The translations under genes were made by a program, and so were the position numbers. The notes under the pieces were generated by a model, which had not been told where the DNA came from, did no database searches, and saw only the letters and a list, made by a program, of their open reading frames with translations. Source: Candidatus Cloacimonadales bacterium (GTDB lineage Bacteria; Cloacimonadota; Cloacimonadia; Cloacimonadales; JAFGVF01). From it: a stretch of 64,000 nt of DNA. Every line of letters begins with the position of its first letter. Positions within the stretch are counted from its first letter, which is position 1. Below, piece after piece: positions 8,076 to 17,889 of this stretch. The stretch spans positions 512,001-576,000 of the forward strand of contig OY782781.1 of NCBI GenBank assembly GCA_963678315.1, given 5' to 3'.

Positions 8076-9926
8076 TTGCTAAATAAGTTAGATAGAGTTG
8101 AAGATATAAAAAAACTAAAAATAGAAGACTTGAAATCTCTCGCAGAAGAGGTGAGAGAAAGAATTATTGAGGTTACAGGTAATAATGGTGGTCATGTTGC
8201 GCCTAGTTTAGGAGCTACAGATGTTGCTATTGCCTTACTTAAAGTATTTGATCCTTTGAATGATTCAATAGTTTGGGATGTTGGACATCAATCTTATGCC
8301 TACAAGATATTGACAGGTAGAAATAAAGAATTTGATACATTGAGACAATATCACGGTATAAGTGGATTCAATAACATCTCAGAAAGCAAGTACGATGCTT
8401 TTGGGGTTGGTCACAGCTCTACTTCTATATCAGCAGCACTCGGTATAGCTTGTGCAAAGCAAATAAAGAATGAGCAAGGCCACAGTATTGCTATCATTGG
8501 AGATGGTGCTTTAACAGGTGGCATGTCTTTCGAAGCCTTAAACCATGCTGGTCATCTTTCTAAAGATAAACTATTAGTCATTCTAAATGATAATAATATG
8601 TCTATATCTAAGAATGTTGGAGCTTTGCAGCACTATTTAACAAACATGCTTGTATCTCGTTCTTACAATAAGCTAAAGAAACAAGTATGGGACTTATCTC
8701 AATCATTCCCTAAAAGATTCAGGGTTAGATTTATCAGGTCAGCTCAGAAAATGGAAGAAAGTATGATTAATATACTTGTTCCAAACATCATCTTTGAAGA
8801 CTTTGGCTTTAAATATGTAGGTCCTGTTGATGGACATGACTTGCCACGCATGATAAGAGTTCTAAATAAAGTTAAATACAATATGGTTGGGCCTGTTTTA
8901 CTTCATGTAGTAACCAAAAAAGGTAAGGGCTTCCCAATAGCAGAAGATAACTCAAGCAAGTTCCATGGTTTAGGACCATATAATGTTCAATCTGGAGAAG
9001 CTAAAGGTGTTAAGAAAAAAAGCTGGTCAAAGAGTTTTGGTCAGAAACTATGCTGTTTAGCTAAAAGCAATAAGAAGATTGTAGCAATCACAGCTGCTAT
9101 GGCGGATGGAACAGGTTTAGCAGACTTCGAAAAGAAATATCCTAAACGCTTCTTTGATGTAGGAATTGCCGAGCAACATGCAGTAACTTTCGCTGGTGGA
9201 CTTGCTACCAAGGGTATAAAAGCTTTCTTCGCTGTATATTCTACATTCATTCAAAGAGGTTATGACCAAATTATTCATGACATAGCTTTACAAAAACTTC
9301 CTGTTGTAATCTGTCTTGATAGAGCAGGACTAGTAGGAGAAGATGGAGCAACTCACCATGGTGCTTTTGATATATCATTCCTACAACCAATTCCTAACCT
9401 CATTATACTTGCCCCAGGATATGAAAAAGAGTTTCATCAAATGATAGAATTTGCATCAACATATCAAGATGGTCCTATAGTTATCAGATATCCACGAGGA
9501 AGTATTGATGTTGAAGAACGCAGTCTTCCTGATTTTGAGCTAGGTAAAGCAACTGTAATACAAGAAGGTAAAAAGATAGCTCTTCTATCTACAGGTCATG
9601 CTTTAAGCTTAGCAGAATCTGTAGCAACAGAGCTTGCTGACAAGCATAGAGTTCAAGCAAAAATAATCCACTTTGGAACAGTTAAACCTTTTGATTATGC
9701 TTCTTTAGACTCTTTAAAGAAGTTTGATAAGATAATTACTTTAGAGCATAATACTGTTAAGGGTGGCTTTGGACAGATAGTTACTTCCCATTTTGCTGAC
9801 ACTAAGAACAAAGTAATTAATATCGGTTACCCAGACAAATTTGTCACTCATGGGAATGTTGAAAAACTATATGAAGAGATAGGTTTAACAACTTCTCAGA
9901 TAATAAATAAAATATTAGAAAAATAG
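8076..9926 (+). CDS. dxs: 1-deoxy-D-xylulose-5-phosphate synthase
   Basis: GGHVAPSLG, WDVGHQSY, GHSSTSISA, GDGALTGG..EALN, DVGIAEQHAV, DRAGLVGEDGATH; TTG 8076 follows AAGGAG (track start 8055). Confidence 0.96.
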   Translation: MLNKLDRVEDIKKLKIEDLKSLAEEVRERIIEVTGNNGGHVAPSLGATDVAIALLKVFDPLNDSIVWDVGHQSYAYKILTGRNKEFDTLRQYHGISGFNNISESKYDAFGVGHSSTSISAALGIACAKQIKNEQGHSIAIIGDGALTGGMSFEALNHAGHLSKDKLLVILNDNNMSISKNVGALQHYLTNMLVSRSYNKLKKQVWDLSQSFPKRFRVRFIRSAQKMEESMINILVPNIIFEDFGFKYVGPVDGHDLPRMIRVLNKVKYNMVGPVLLHVVTKKGKGFPIAEDNSSKFHGLGPYNVQSGEAKGVKKKSWSKSFGQKLCCLAKSNKKIVAITAAMADGTGLADFEKKYPKRFFDVGIAEQHAVTFAGGLATKGIKAFFAVYSTFIQRGYDQIIHDIALQKLPVVICLDRAGLVGEDGATHHGAFDISFLQPIPNLIILAPGYEKEFHQMIEFASTYQDGPIVIRYPRGSIDVEERSLPDFELGKATVIQEGKKIALLSTGHALSLAESVATELADKHRVQAKIIHFGTVKPFDYASLDSLKKFDKIITLEHNTVKGGFGQIVTSHFADTKNKVINIGYPDKFVTHGNVEKLYEEIGLTTSQIINKILEK

Positions 9927-9963
9927 TTCTTATTATAAGAAATGAAATAAATTAGGAGCAATA

Positions 9964-10260
9964 ATGCAAATAACTGGAAAACAAAAAGCATACTTAAAGA
10001 AATTAATTCATGCTAAAAAACCTGTAGTAATGATTGGTGGAAATGGCGTCTCAGAAGGGGTTATCAAGCTTGTCAATGAAGAATTAGACATGAAAGAATT
10101 GATTAAAATTAAGTTTGTAGAATATAAAGAAATGAAGAAGGAACTTTTCCCTCAAATAGCTGATCAAGTTGGAGCTGTAGCTGTAGATTTAATAGGCAAT
10201 GTTGGCATATTATACCGTGAGCAAGCAGACCCTGAAAAAAGAAAAATTAAACTTCCTTAG
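9964..10260 (+). CDS. yhbY: YhbY/CRM-domain RNA-binding ribosome assembly protein
   Basis: 'TGKQKAYLK..H..KPVV.IG..G', 'ELIKIK', 'IG...ILYR'. Confidence 0.85.
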   Translation: MQITGKQKAYLKKLIHAKKPVVMIGGNGVSEGVIKLVNEELDMKELIKIKFVEYKEMKKELFPQIADQVGAVAVDLIGNVGILYREQADPEKRKIKLP

Positions 10261-10269
10261 TTAGAAAAT

Positions 10270-11616
10270 ATGTATCATGACGACACTATAACAGCACTTG
10301 CTACCCCTGTGGGAGTGGGTGCTTTACATATAATTAGGGTTAGTGGTAAAGACGCAATAGAGCAAGTTGCTAAGATATTTAAACCAAGTAAAAAGCTTCT
10401 TAAAACAGCAGGAAACAGTGTAATTTACGGTAAGATAGTATCGCAAGGTAAGCTTCTTGATGAAGTAGTATGTACTGTCTTCCGAGCTCCTCATAGCTTC
10501 ACGGGTGAAGATTCTGTTGAGATTTCCTGTCATGGCTCTATGTTTGTTGCAGATTCTATTCTATCTGCTTTACAAGAGAATATTAGACTAGCTAATCCTG
10601 GTGAGTTTACCTTAAGAGCTTATCTTAATGGCAAAATGGACTTAACCCAAGCCGAAGCTGTTAATGATGTGATTCAATCAAAAACTAAGATGTCTCAAAG
10701 CCTTGCTTTAAATCAACTTGAAGGTTCTCTCTATGCAAGGATTTCTAAGCTAATTGCTATTCTAACCCAAGCAAGAGTTCAAGTTGAACTTGAGATTGAC
10801 TTCTTGGATGATGATGTTCCTGAAATAGATCTAACAAAACTAAGAAGTGATATTGAAGATTTAAAAGCTGAATTAGAAGGCTTAGTAGTTTCTGGTCAAC
10901 AGGGTAGAATAATCCGAGAAGGACTAAAAGTCTCTCTTATTGGCAAACCTAATGTAGGAAAATCAAGCATCTTTAATAAGCTTTTAGAAACTGAAAGGGC
11001 TATCGTTACGCCCATACCGGGCACTACTAGAGATTTCTTGGAAGAAGAACTATCGCTTGATGGCTATCTAGTAAGATTCTATGATACTGCTGGGATTAGA
11101 GCAACTGCTGATACTGTTGAAAAGATGGGGATTAGTCGCTCACTTGAAGTGATTCAGAACAGTGATTATATTCTTTACGTCACAGATGGAAGCGATTCTC
11201 AAGAAGAATATGCAGACTTTGTTTCTGGCATCGAAGCAGATAAGCTAATCAAAGTTATAAATAAGACAGACCTGCTTTCTCAAGAAGAAGTAACTAAATA
11301 TAGTGATTATATACCTTCTTCAGCAATGACAGAAGCAGGTATTGAACAGTTAAAGCATGAACTTCTTAAAAAGATTAAGCTATCAGACAATGAACTATCT
11401 TCAGGCTTGCTTACTAATTCTAGACAGGTAAATGCTGTAAAGAAATGCATTGAATCACTTGAGCAGGCTATCGGGTCTATAGATAACTTCATGGGCTATG
11501 AATTCACTGCTTTCGATTTAAAAGAAGCTTCAGCATACCTAGAAGAAGTGGTAGGACAGATAACCGATGATGACTTGCTTAACAACATCTTTAGTAACTT
11601 CTGTATAGGTAAGTAA
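10270..11616 (+). CDS. mnmE: tRNA modification GTPase MnmE
   Basis: DTITALAT, PHSFTGED..E..CHG, GKPNVGKSS, PGTTRD, DTAGIR, NKTD, terminal FCIGK. Confidence 0.97.
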   Translation: MYHDDTITALATPVGVGALHIIRVSGKDAIEQVAKIFKPSKKLLKTAGNSVIYGKIVSQGKLLDEVVCTVFRAPHSFTGEDSVEISCHGSMFVADSILSALQENIRLANPGEFTLRAYLNGKMDLTQAEAVNDVIQSKTKMSQSLALNQLEGSLYARISKLIAILTQARVQVELEIDFLDDDVPEIDLTKLRSDIEDLKAELEGLVVSGQQGRIIREGLKVSLIGKPNVGKSSIFNKLLETERAIVTPIPGTTRDFLEEELSLDGYLVRFYDTAGIRATADTVEKMGISRSLEVIQNSDYILYVTDGSDSQEEYADFVSGIEADKLIKVINKTDLLSQEEVTKYSDYIPSSAMTEAGIEQLKHELLKKIKLSDNELSSGLLTNSRQVNAVKKCIESLEQAIGSIDNFMGYEFTAFDLKEASAYLEEVVGQITDDDLLNNIFSNFCIGK

Positions 11617-11637
11617 AAAATAATAAGGAGAGTTAAT

Positions 11638-12468
11638 ATGGAACTTTTTGGTAAGGTAATAATTATTTTGGTATTGTTGTATTTTGTAGTTAAATATTTA
11701 ATTGTTCTCGCTAGCGATAAAATGGAAGTACAAGCAGGTGTTAATCTTGATAATCAAATGGATAACCTAATAAAGAAAGTTCTAGATTCATATGACATAG
11801 AAATACAAGATAGTATTTCTAAATATTTACCCCATCTAGCCTTGAAAAAGAAGCAATTGATATATATAGATGATTATGGAGATAAAGATGAGCGTGATTG
11901 GGAAAAAGAGCTTGAGCGCTTTATTGATAAGAAACTATATGTCAAAAATAAGGTCCTGATTGAACTTGATGATCTGTTCACGGCAGACACTTATGCTTTG
12001 ACTCAGTTTCAAAAGAGATTTGCTGGAACACCAATAGATTACTTTGATTCTATAGTTAAAATTGAACTTAAATATAGGATAGAAATTGCTTTGTTAGATT
12101 TTGAAGACACTCAAGATAACTATTTTGATGTAGATGATTCAGATCCAATATCGTATGAGAATTCGATTGCAGAAGTTTTTGAACAGCATGGTTGGGAAGC
12201 AAGGGTAACCAAAGCATCTGGAGATCAAGGTGCTGATGTAATAGCAAAATATGATGGTTTTAAAATGATTATTCAATGCAAGTTATACTCCTCCCCTGTA
12301 AGTAATAAAGCAGTACAAGAAGTTTATTCAGCTCTCAACTATTACAATGGGGATAAAGCAGTAGTTATAACAAATTCTACTTTTACAAAATCCGCAAAAC
12401 AATTAGCTGAATCAAATGATGTACTTTTAATTCATCATTCCCAGCTAGACGATTTATTGACCATATAA
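11638..12468 (+). CDS. Membrane-anchored Mrr-type (type IV) restriction endonuclease-domain protein
   Basis: N-terminal TM helix; C-terminal Mrr_cat motifs 'YE..IA..F...GW', 'SGDQGADV', 'IQCK', 'AVQEV', 'ITNS.FT..A..LA'. Confidence 0.8.
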   Translation: MELFGKVIIILVLLYFVVKYLIVLASDKMEVQAGVNLDNQMDNLIKKVLDSYDIEIQDSISKYLPHLALKKKQLIYIDDYGDKDERDWEKELERFIDKKLYVKNKVLIELDDLFTADTYALTQFQKRFAGTPIDYFDSIVKIELKYRIEIALLDFEDTQDNYFDVDDSDPISYENSIAEVFEQHGWEARVTKASGDQGADVIAKYDGFKMIIQCKLYSSPVSNKAVQEVYSALNYYNGDKAVVITNSTFTKSAKQLAESNDVLLIHHSQLDDLLTI

Positions 12469-12500
12469 GTTAAATAAAGAAAAATAAATAAAGGATATAA

Positions 12501-13904
12501 ATGGAAAACTTAAGAATAGGTATAATTGGTAATATTGGCGTAGGGAAATCAACTTTAGTAACAGCAGCGAAACAGGAACCATACAAAGATAAGCTTTTAT
12601 GCTTATTCCCAGAAGATAAGTGTGATGCAGATGTACACACATTTGATGAAGAGTTTAATCCTATGGTTCTTGATGAATTCTATAAAGATCCTGTTAGAAA
12701 TGCTTTTATGGCTCAGATAGAATTCTTTAATGGTCGCTTAGAAAGACAAAAAAGAATTGATAATTCTAGAGGTATTATTCTAGAAGATAGAACTCTAGCA
12801 GAAGATTATCATATCTTCGGAAAAGCACAAAGAATTCTTGGTAATATGACAGAAGCAGAGTTCCAAGCCTACCAAAGAACATACCATTTAATGACTGAAA
12901 GCTTTAGGGAACCTGATATAATCGTTTATTTAAGAGCAGATGTAGAAACACTTCTAGACAGAATAGCTAAAAGAGGAAGGGAATCTGAAAAACTTATTCC
13001 TAAGGAGTATTTAGCACAGTTAAATTCTCTCTATGAAGAGTACATATCTAATCATGTGAAATGCCCAGTGCTTATCATAGAAACCAATGATATGGACCAA
13101 GATAAGTTCGTTGAAATGGCTATCAACCAAATGGCTGAGCATATCAAAACGCTTTCATTAAGAGTTACTACTCCTGGTATTCGTAAATGGGTTAAGCTTC
13201 CTGAAACTCAAGCAACCTTGCAAGCAATTGAGATTGAAAAGAAACTAGAAACATTCTTAAAAGAAAACCCTAAACTAATTACTATTGCTGGTAATGTAGG
13301 ACTAGGTAAATCTACTATTACAGCTATTATGGAGAGAAGCTTAAATATCACTGGTTTATATGAGAAGCCAGAAGAGAACCCTCTACTTGAACAGTTCTTA
13401 GGCAATAAAAAGAAGTATTGCTATGACCTTCAACTACACTTTCTTAAAATGAGAGCTCAACAAAGAAGACAAGGTAAAAGCGGTATAGGAAGCTATGTAA
13501 AAGATAGATCTATTCCAGAAGATTTACTAGTTTTCTGTTATCAATTCAATCAAGATGGGCTTCTTACTAATGATGAACTTGACCGACTTACTACAGAGTT
13601 TCACAAATACAACAACGAATTACCAAGTGCAGACTTGATGATTGTTTTGAAGGGAACACCTAACCAAGCTTGGCAAAGAATACAACAGCGTGGTAGAGAA
13701 ATGGAAGTCGAAGGGGGCTGGAGTCAAGCAGACATCACCAACCTTAATCGTTGGTACGAGAACTATGCTGAAAATGTAATCAAGTACGGCTTTCATAAAG
13801 GACCAATCTTAGTGATTGATGTAGGAATGATTGACCTACTTAATAGGGTACATGTTGGCTATATATTTGAGAAGATTTATGAACTTCTAAGTGGGAAGAA
13901 ATAG
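12501..13904 (+). CDS. Tandem (two-domain) deoxynucleoside kinase
   Basis: Two P-loops GNIGVGKST and GNVGLGKST, two DRT/DRS motifs and two lid motifs RGRESE / RGREME. Confidence 0.85.
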   Translation: MENLRIGIIGNIGVGKSTLVTAAKQEPYKDKLLCLFPEDKCDADVHTFDEEFNPMVLDEFYKDPVRNAFMAQIEFFNGRLERQKRIDNSRGIILEDRTLAEDYHIFGKAQRILGNMTEAEFQAYQRTYHLMTESFREPDIIVYLRADVETLLDRIAKRGRESEKLIPKEYLAQLNSLYEEYISNHVKCPVLIIETNDMDQDKFVEMAINQMAEHIKTLSLRVTTPGIRKWVKLPETQATLQAIEIEKKLETFLKENPKLITIAGNVGLGKSTITAIMERSLNITGLYEKPEENPLLEQFLGNKKKYCYDLQLHFLKMRAQQRRQGKSGIGSYVKDRSIPEDLLVFCYQFNQDGLLTNDELDRLTTEFHKYNNELPSADLMIVLKGTPNQAWQRIQQRGREMEVEGGWSQADITNLNRWYENYAENVIKYGFHKGPILVIDVGMIDLLNRVHVGYIFEKIYELLSGKK

Positions 13905-13916
13905 GATAAAAATCTA

Positions 13917-13998
13917 ACCACGAAAGGCACGATAGATTAATTGATATGAAGTTTTTTAAGTTTAGAATAATTTCGTGTTCTTTAGTGCCTTTCGTGGT
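13917..13998. repeat. Miniature element with 14-bp perfect inverted repeats
   Basis: ACCACGAAAGGCAC (13917-13930) and GTGCCTTTCGTGGT (13985-13998). Confidence 0.65.
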
Positions 13999-14021
13999 AA
14001 AATAATATAATAACTTAAATG

Positions 14022-14048
14022 AAAAAGCCATCATTACGATGGCTTTTT
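14022..14048. terminator. Bidirectional terminator between convergent dNK and alaS
   Basis: AAAAAGCCATC-attac-GATGGCTTTTT. Confidence 0.8.
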
Positions 14049-14077
14049 ATTTATCTATAATCTAATATTATTTCTTG

Positions 14078-16672
14078 TTAAAACTCTTCAACTATTCTTT
14101 CTGCTTCTTTTAGAGCTTGAGCTATTTTGGAAACATCTTTTCCGCCAGCCATAGCAGAATCAGGTCTTCCTCCACCTTTACCACCGACTATTTCAGCTAT
14201 TTTACCAACGATTTTACCTGCATGGAATTGCTTAGTTAAGTCTTTGGTTACAACAGTTAAGACAGACACCTTACCATTAACTTCTGCTAATAAAATACCA
14301 ATACCTGAACCAAGTTTATCTTTTAACTGGTCTCCTATCGTACGCATTTCATTAGGGTTAGCAATCTCTATTTGTCCGATTACAACTTTTACGTCACGGA
14401 TTACTTTTGCTGTATTAAGAAGTTCAGTAAGTGCTCCGGAAGCTTGTTGTGCTTTCATGCTTTCAAGTTCTTTTTGAAGGTCTTTATTTTCTTGGATAAG
14501 CTTTTCAACTTTATCGGTTAAGTTCTTTTCATTAGCATTAATTAGTTCTGCAATGTTAGCAATTTTCTCTTCTTTATTACGAAGAAGTTCAAGAACTTTA
14601 GCTCCGGTAATAGCTTCAATTCTTCTAATGCCAGAAGCAGATGAAGACTCGCTTAATATTTTGAAAGAACCAATCTGACCAGTAGAAGCAACATGAGTAC
14701 CTCCACATAATTCCATTGAGAAGTCTGCAACAGTAACAACTCTTACGCTATCACCATATTTCTCTCCGAAGAGAGCAGTTGCGCCTTCTTCCCTAGCTTG
14801 ATCTAGACTCTTAACCTCAGTATTAACATTGCTATTCTTGAGGATTTCAGCATTTACTATGTCTTCAACTTGCTCAATCTCTTGCTTAGACAAGCCATTG
14901 AAATGAGTAAAATCAAACCTTAGTCCATCAGGACTTACCATAGAACCTTTTTGTTGAACATGGCTACCAAGAACTTGTCGTAAAGCACTATGAATAAGAT
15001 GAGTTGCTGTATGGTGTGCAGCTGTCATTCTGCGAGAACTTTCTCTTACACCAGCTGTAACTTCTTTCCCTTCTATCTCACCTCTTTGAAGCTTACCTAT
15101 ATGAACCCACATGCCATTAACTTTCTTTGTATCAAAGACTGCTATTTCAAAAGTATCATTCTTGATTATCCCTTTATCCCCTACCTGTCCACCTGATTCA
15201 GCATAGAAAGGTGTTTTATCCAAAACTAACTTCACAATCTGCTTTTCATCCATGCTGTAACGAAGAATATTTGCTTTAGTTTCTAAAGTTGTATAACCAA
15301 TAAATTCTGTATCTATTGAATCATCTAGGATAGTCCAACCTGTTTCATCTATATCAAGTTTAAACTTAGAAGAAGACCTTGCTCTCTCTTTTTGAGCTTC
15401 CATTTCTGAGTTAAAGCCATCCATATCGACTTTCAGTCCTCTTTCTTCTGCAAGAATTGAAGTTAAATCTACTGGGAATCCAAAAGTATCGTATAATAGG
15501 AAAGCTGAAGCACCAGGGATAGTGTCACCCTCTAAAGTCTTACATATCTCACTGAATTTATCTAAACCAGTATCTAATGTTTGGTTAAATCTTTCTTCTT
15601 CTGACTTGATTACCATTACTATATAGTCACGTTTCTCTTTTAATTCAAGGTAGTGTTGTCCCATTACTTCGATAACAGTATCAACTAGTTTATATAAGAA
15701 TGGATCTTTCAAATCAATCAATCTACCAAATCTAGCAGCCCTTCTGAGAATTCTTCTTAGAACATATCCCCTACCTTCATTTGAAGGCATTCCACCATCT
15801 GCTAAAGCAAAGGTTAAACAACGAATATGGTCTGCAATTACTCTATGAGATACAGAAGATTTTGCTTGGTATTCATGACCTGAAAGCTCTGATATCTTGT
15901 CTATAATTGGCATGAATAAATCAGTATGATAGTTAGAATCCTTACCCTGAAGTAATTGGCAGATTCTCTCAAAACCTGAACCTGTATCAACATGCTTCAT
16001 CTTCAATGGTGTAAGGCTTCTATCTTCATTTCGGAAGTATTGCATGAAAACAAGATTCCAAATTTCCATATAGCGATGACAATCTCCATTAACCTCACAA
16101 TTATGGTCCCCTTCAACTCCACAGAAGTCTGTTCCTCTATCATAATGAAGCTCAGAACATGGACCGCAAGGACCTGTCTCACCCATTTCCCAGAAGTTAT
16201 CTTTATCGCCATGATAGGAGATATGAGAAGGATCTATATCTGTACATTCTTTCCAGAGATTAAATGCTTCCTCATCTGTGTGATGAACTGTTGCATAAAG
16301 CTTTGACTTATCCATTTTCCATACTTCTGTGATTAATTCCCATGCCCAAGTAATTGCTTCTTTCTTGTAGTAATCACCAAATGACCAGTTCCCTAGCATT
16401 TCAAAGAAAGTATGATGATAGCCATCTTTACCCACTTCGTCAAGGTCATTATGTTTACCCCCAGCACGAATACACTTCTGTGAATTCACTGCTCTGCTAG
16501 CTTTTGCATCTTCTAATCCTAAAAAGATTGATTTAAACTGGTTCATTCCTGCATTAATAAACAAAAGTGTTGGGTCATCTTGTGGAATCACAGGTGATGA
16601 CTTTATAAATGTATGTTGTTTCTTTAAAAAGAAATCTATAAACTGTTGTCTTATTTCACTGCTATTAAGCAT
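14078..16672 (-). CDS. alaS: Alanine--tRNA ligase
   Basis: DPTLLFINAGMNQFK, HHTFFEMLGNWSFGDY, HTATH and ELCGGTH editing motifs, GGKGGGRP; ATG 16672 follows GGAG (track start 16684). Confidence 0.97.
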   Translation of the reverse strand: MLNSSEIRQQFIDFFLKKQHTFIKSSPVIPQDDPTLLFINAGMNQFKSIFLGLEDAKASRAVNSQKCIRAGGKHNDLDEVGKDGYHHTFFEMLGNWSFGDYYKKEAITWAWELITEVWKMDKSKLYATVHHTDEEAFNLWKECTDIDPSHISYHGDKDNFWEMGETGPCGPCSELHYDRGTDFCGVEGDHNCEVNGDCHRYMEIWNLVFMQYFRNEDRSLTPLKMKHVDTGSGFERICQLLQGKDSNYHTDLFMPIIDKISELSGHEYQAKSSVSHRVIADHIRCLTFALADGGMPSNEGRGYVLRRILRRAARFGRLIDLKDPFLYKLVDTVIEVMGQHYLELKEKRDYIVMVIKSEEERFNQTLDTGLDKFSEICKTLEGDTIPGASAFLLYDTFGFPVDLTSILAEERGLKVDMDGFNSEMEAQKERARSSSKFKLDIDETGWTILDDSIDTEFIGYTTLETKANILRYSMDEKQIVKLVLDKTPFYAESGGQVGDKGIIKNDTFEIAVFDTKKVNGMWVHIGKLQRGEIEGKEVTAGVRESSRRMTAAHHTATHLIHSALRQVLGSHVQQKGSMVSPDGLRFDFTHFNGLSKQEIEQVEDIVNAEILKNSNVNTEVKSLDQAREEGATALFGEKYGDSVRVVTVADFSMELCGGTHVASTGQIGSFKILSESSSASGIRRIEAITGAKVLELLRNKEEKIANIAELINANEKNLTDKVEKLIQENKDLQKELESMKAQQASGALTELLNTAKVIRDVKVVIGQIEIANPNEMRTIGDQLKDKLGSGIGILLAEVNGKVSVLTVVTKDLTKQFHAGKIVGKIAEIVGGKGGGRPDSAMAGGKDVSKIAQALKEAERIVEEF

Positions 16673-16764
16673 ACTAATCTCCATAAGTAATTAATTTTCT
16701 ACATGATTAGCATAACTTAAAAGTCCTTTCAGGTGTCAAGGGAAAAGTAGTAAGAATATATAGT

Positions 16765-17889
16765 CTAAATGATGTCTATATGGTTGAGATTATCAGAAAA
16801 GTCAATATCAATCCACTTTAAGATTGATAAATTTCTAATTGTTATAACTAGAGATTCAATTTTTTGTGGGTTATTCCATCTTTTTTTCCAATCCAACATG
16901 TAATCTAATATATCTAAATCAGAAATCCTTTTTTTGTCTTTTTTGAGTGTTTCAATAGTGTAGAAAATTGTTGTTACTTCTTCAGCTTGGGCAGTACTTT
17001 TAATTCTTTTAAATAAATCAGTAGTTTTCTGAATTTTGCTATTATATTTTGCAATAATGCCAAGATACTTATTTCTAAAATCAGTATAGTCTTTAGTTAC
17101 TTTAATATTTATCATAGTTCCTAATTTTTCTTCAACTATTAATCCGTTGTTTGAAAGGAATCTAATTAACTCATGTAAATCCTCTGAAAATGGTCCATAG
17201 GAAGCTTGTTTAAAATTCAAGTTTGTTGGAATACCTATTTTAGTAATTACATAAGCCAGTTTCTGAAAAATAGTTCTTCCAACCTTGAGACATAACTTAT
17301 CTGACTGAAGTATATAAAGACATTCTAAAATAATCGTATGATTAGGATTAAAAATACTATTTTTGCTTAAATTTTTATCTTCTAAAAAAGTTTCCTCTGT
17401 CTGTAGATAATCAGCTTCAAGAAGCTTCTTTGGGGTACCAAAAGGAGCGTATAGCTCAACATCTAAGTCTAGATTTCTCAGTTTTTTATATAAGAGCCGT
17501 CCTACATCCTTCCAATCTAAACCACCATTGCCACAACCTAATGGTGGAATCGCAATTGAAGAAATCCCCCATTCCTTATAATGTTCAATAAGAAAATCAA
17601 TTCCATCATTAATGAATGAGAGTTGAGACATTGACCTCCAATGCTCTTTAGTTGGAAAATTTAGTATTGCTTGCTTTTTAAATATACTAACACTTTCATA
17701 AAGATAAGGTTTGCCAATTTGAACTTGTCCTTTTTTACACTTATCAAAATAATCACTAGCCATATCAGGGTACTTATCTTTAAAAATCTTCGCAAGACCT
17801 TTTCCCATTACTCCAACGCAATTAATTGGATTAACAATTACAGTTTTCTCGGTTTTGAAGATATCACCAATTTTTACATTAATCATCAT
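16765..17889 (-). CDS. darG: DarG antitoxin (macrodomain DNA ADP-ribosyl glycohydrolase plus C-terminal domain)
   Basis: GDIF..., VNPINCVGVMGKGLA, NFPTKEHW, AIPPLGCGNGGL macrodomain; C-terminal QKLAY...YGPFS; ATGA overlap with darT. Confidence 0.88.
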   Translation of the reverse strand: MMINVKIGDIFKTEKTVIVNPINCVGVMGKGLAKIFKDKYPDMASDYFDKCKKGQVQIGKPYLYESVSIFKKQAILNFPTKEHWRSMSQLSFINDGIDFLIEHYKEWGISSIAIPPLGCGNGGLDWKDVGRLLYKKLRNLDLDVELYAPFGTPKKLLEADYLQTEETFLEDKNLSKNSIFNPNHTIILECLYILQSDKLCLKVGRTIFQKLAYVITKIGIPTNLNFKQASYGPFSEDLHELIRFLSNNGLIVEEKLGTMINIKVTKDYTDFRNKYLGIIAKYNSKIQKTTDLFKRIKSTAQAEEVTTIFYTIETLKKDKKRISDLDILDYMLDWKKRWNNPQKIESLVITIRNLSILKWIDIDFSDNLNHIDII

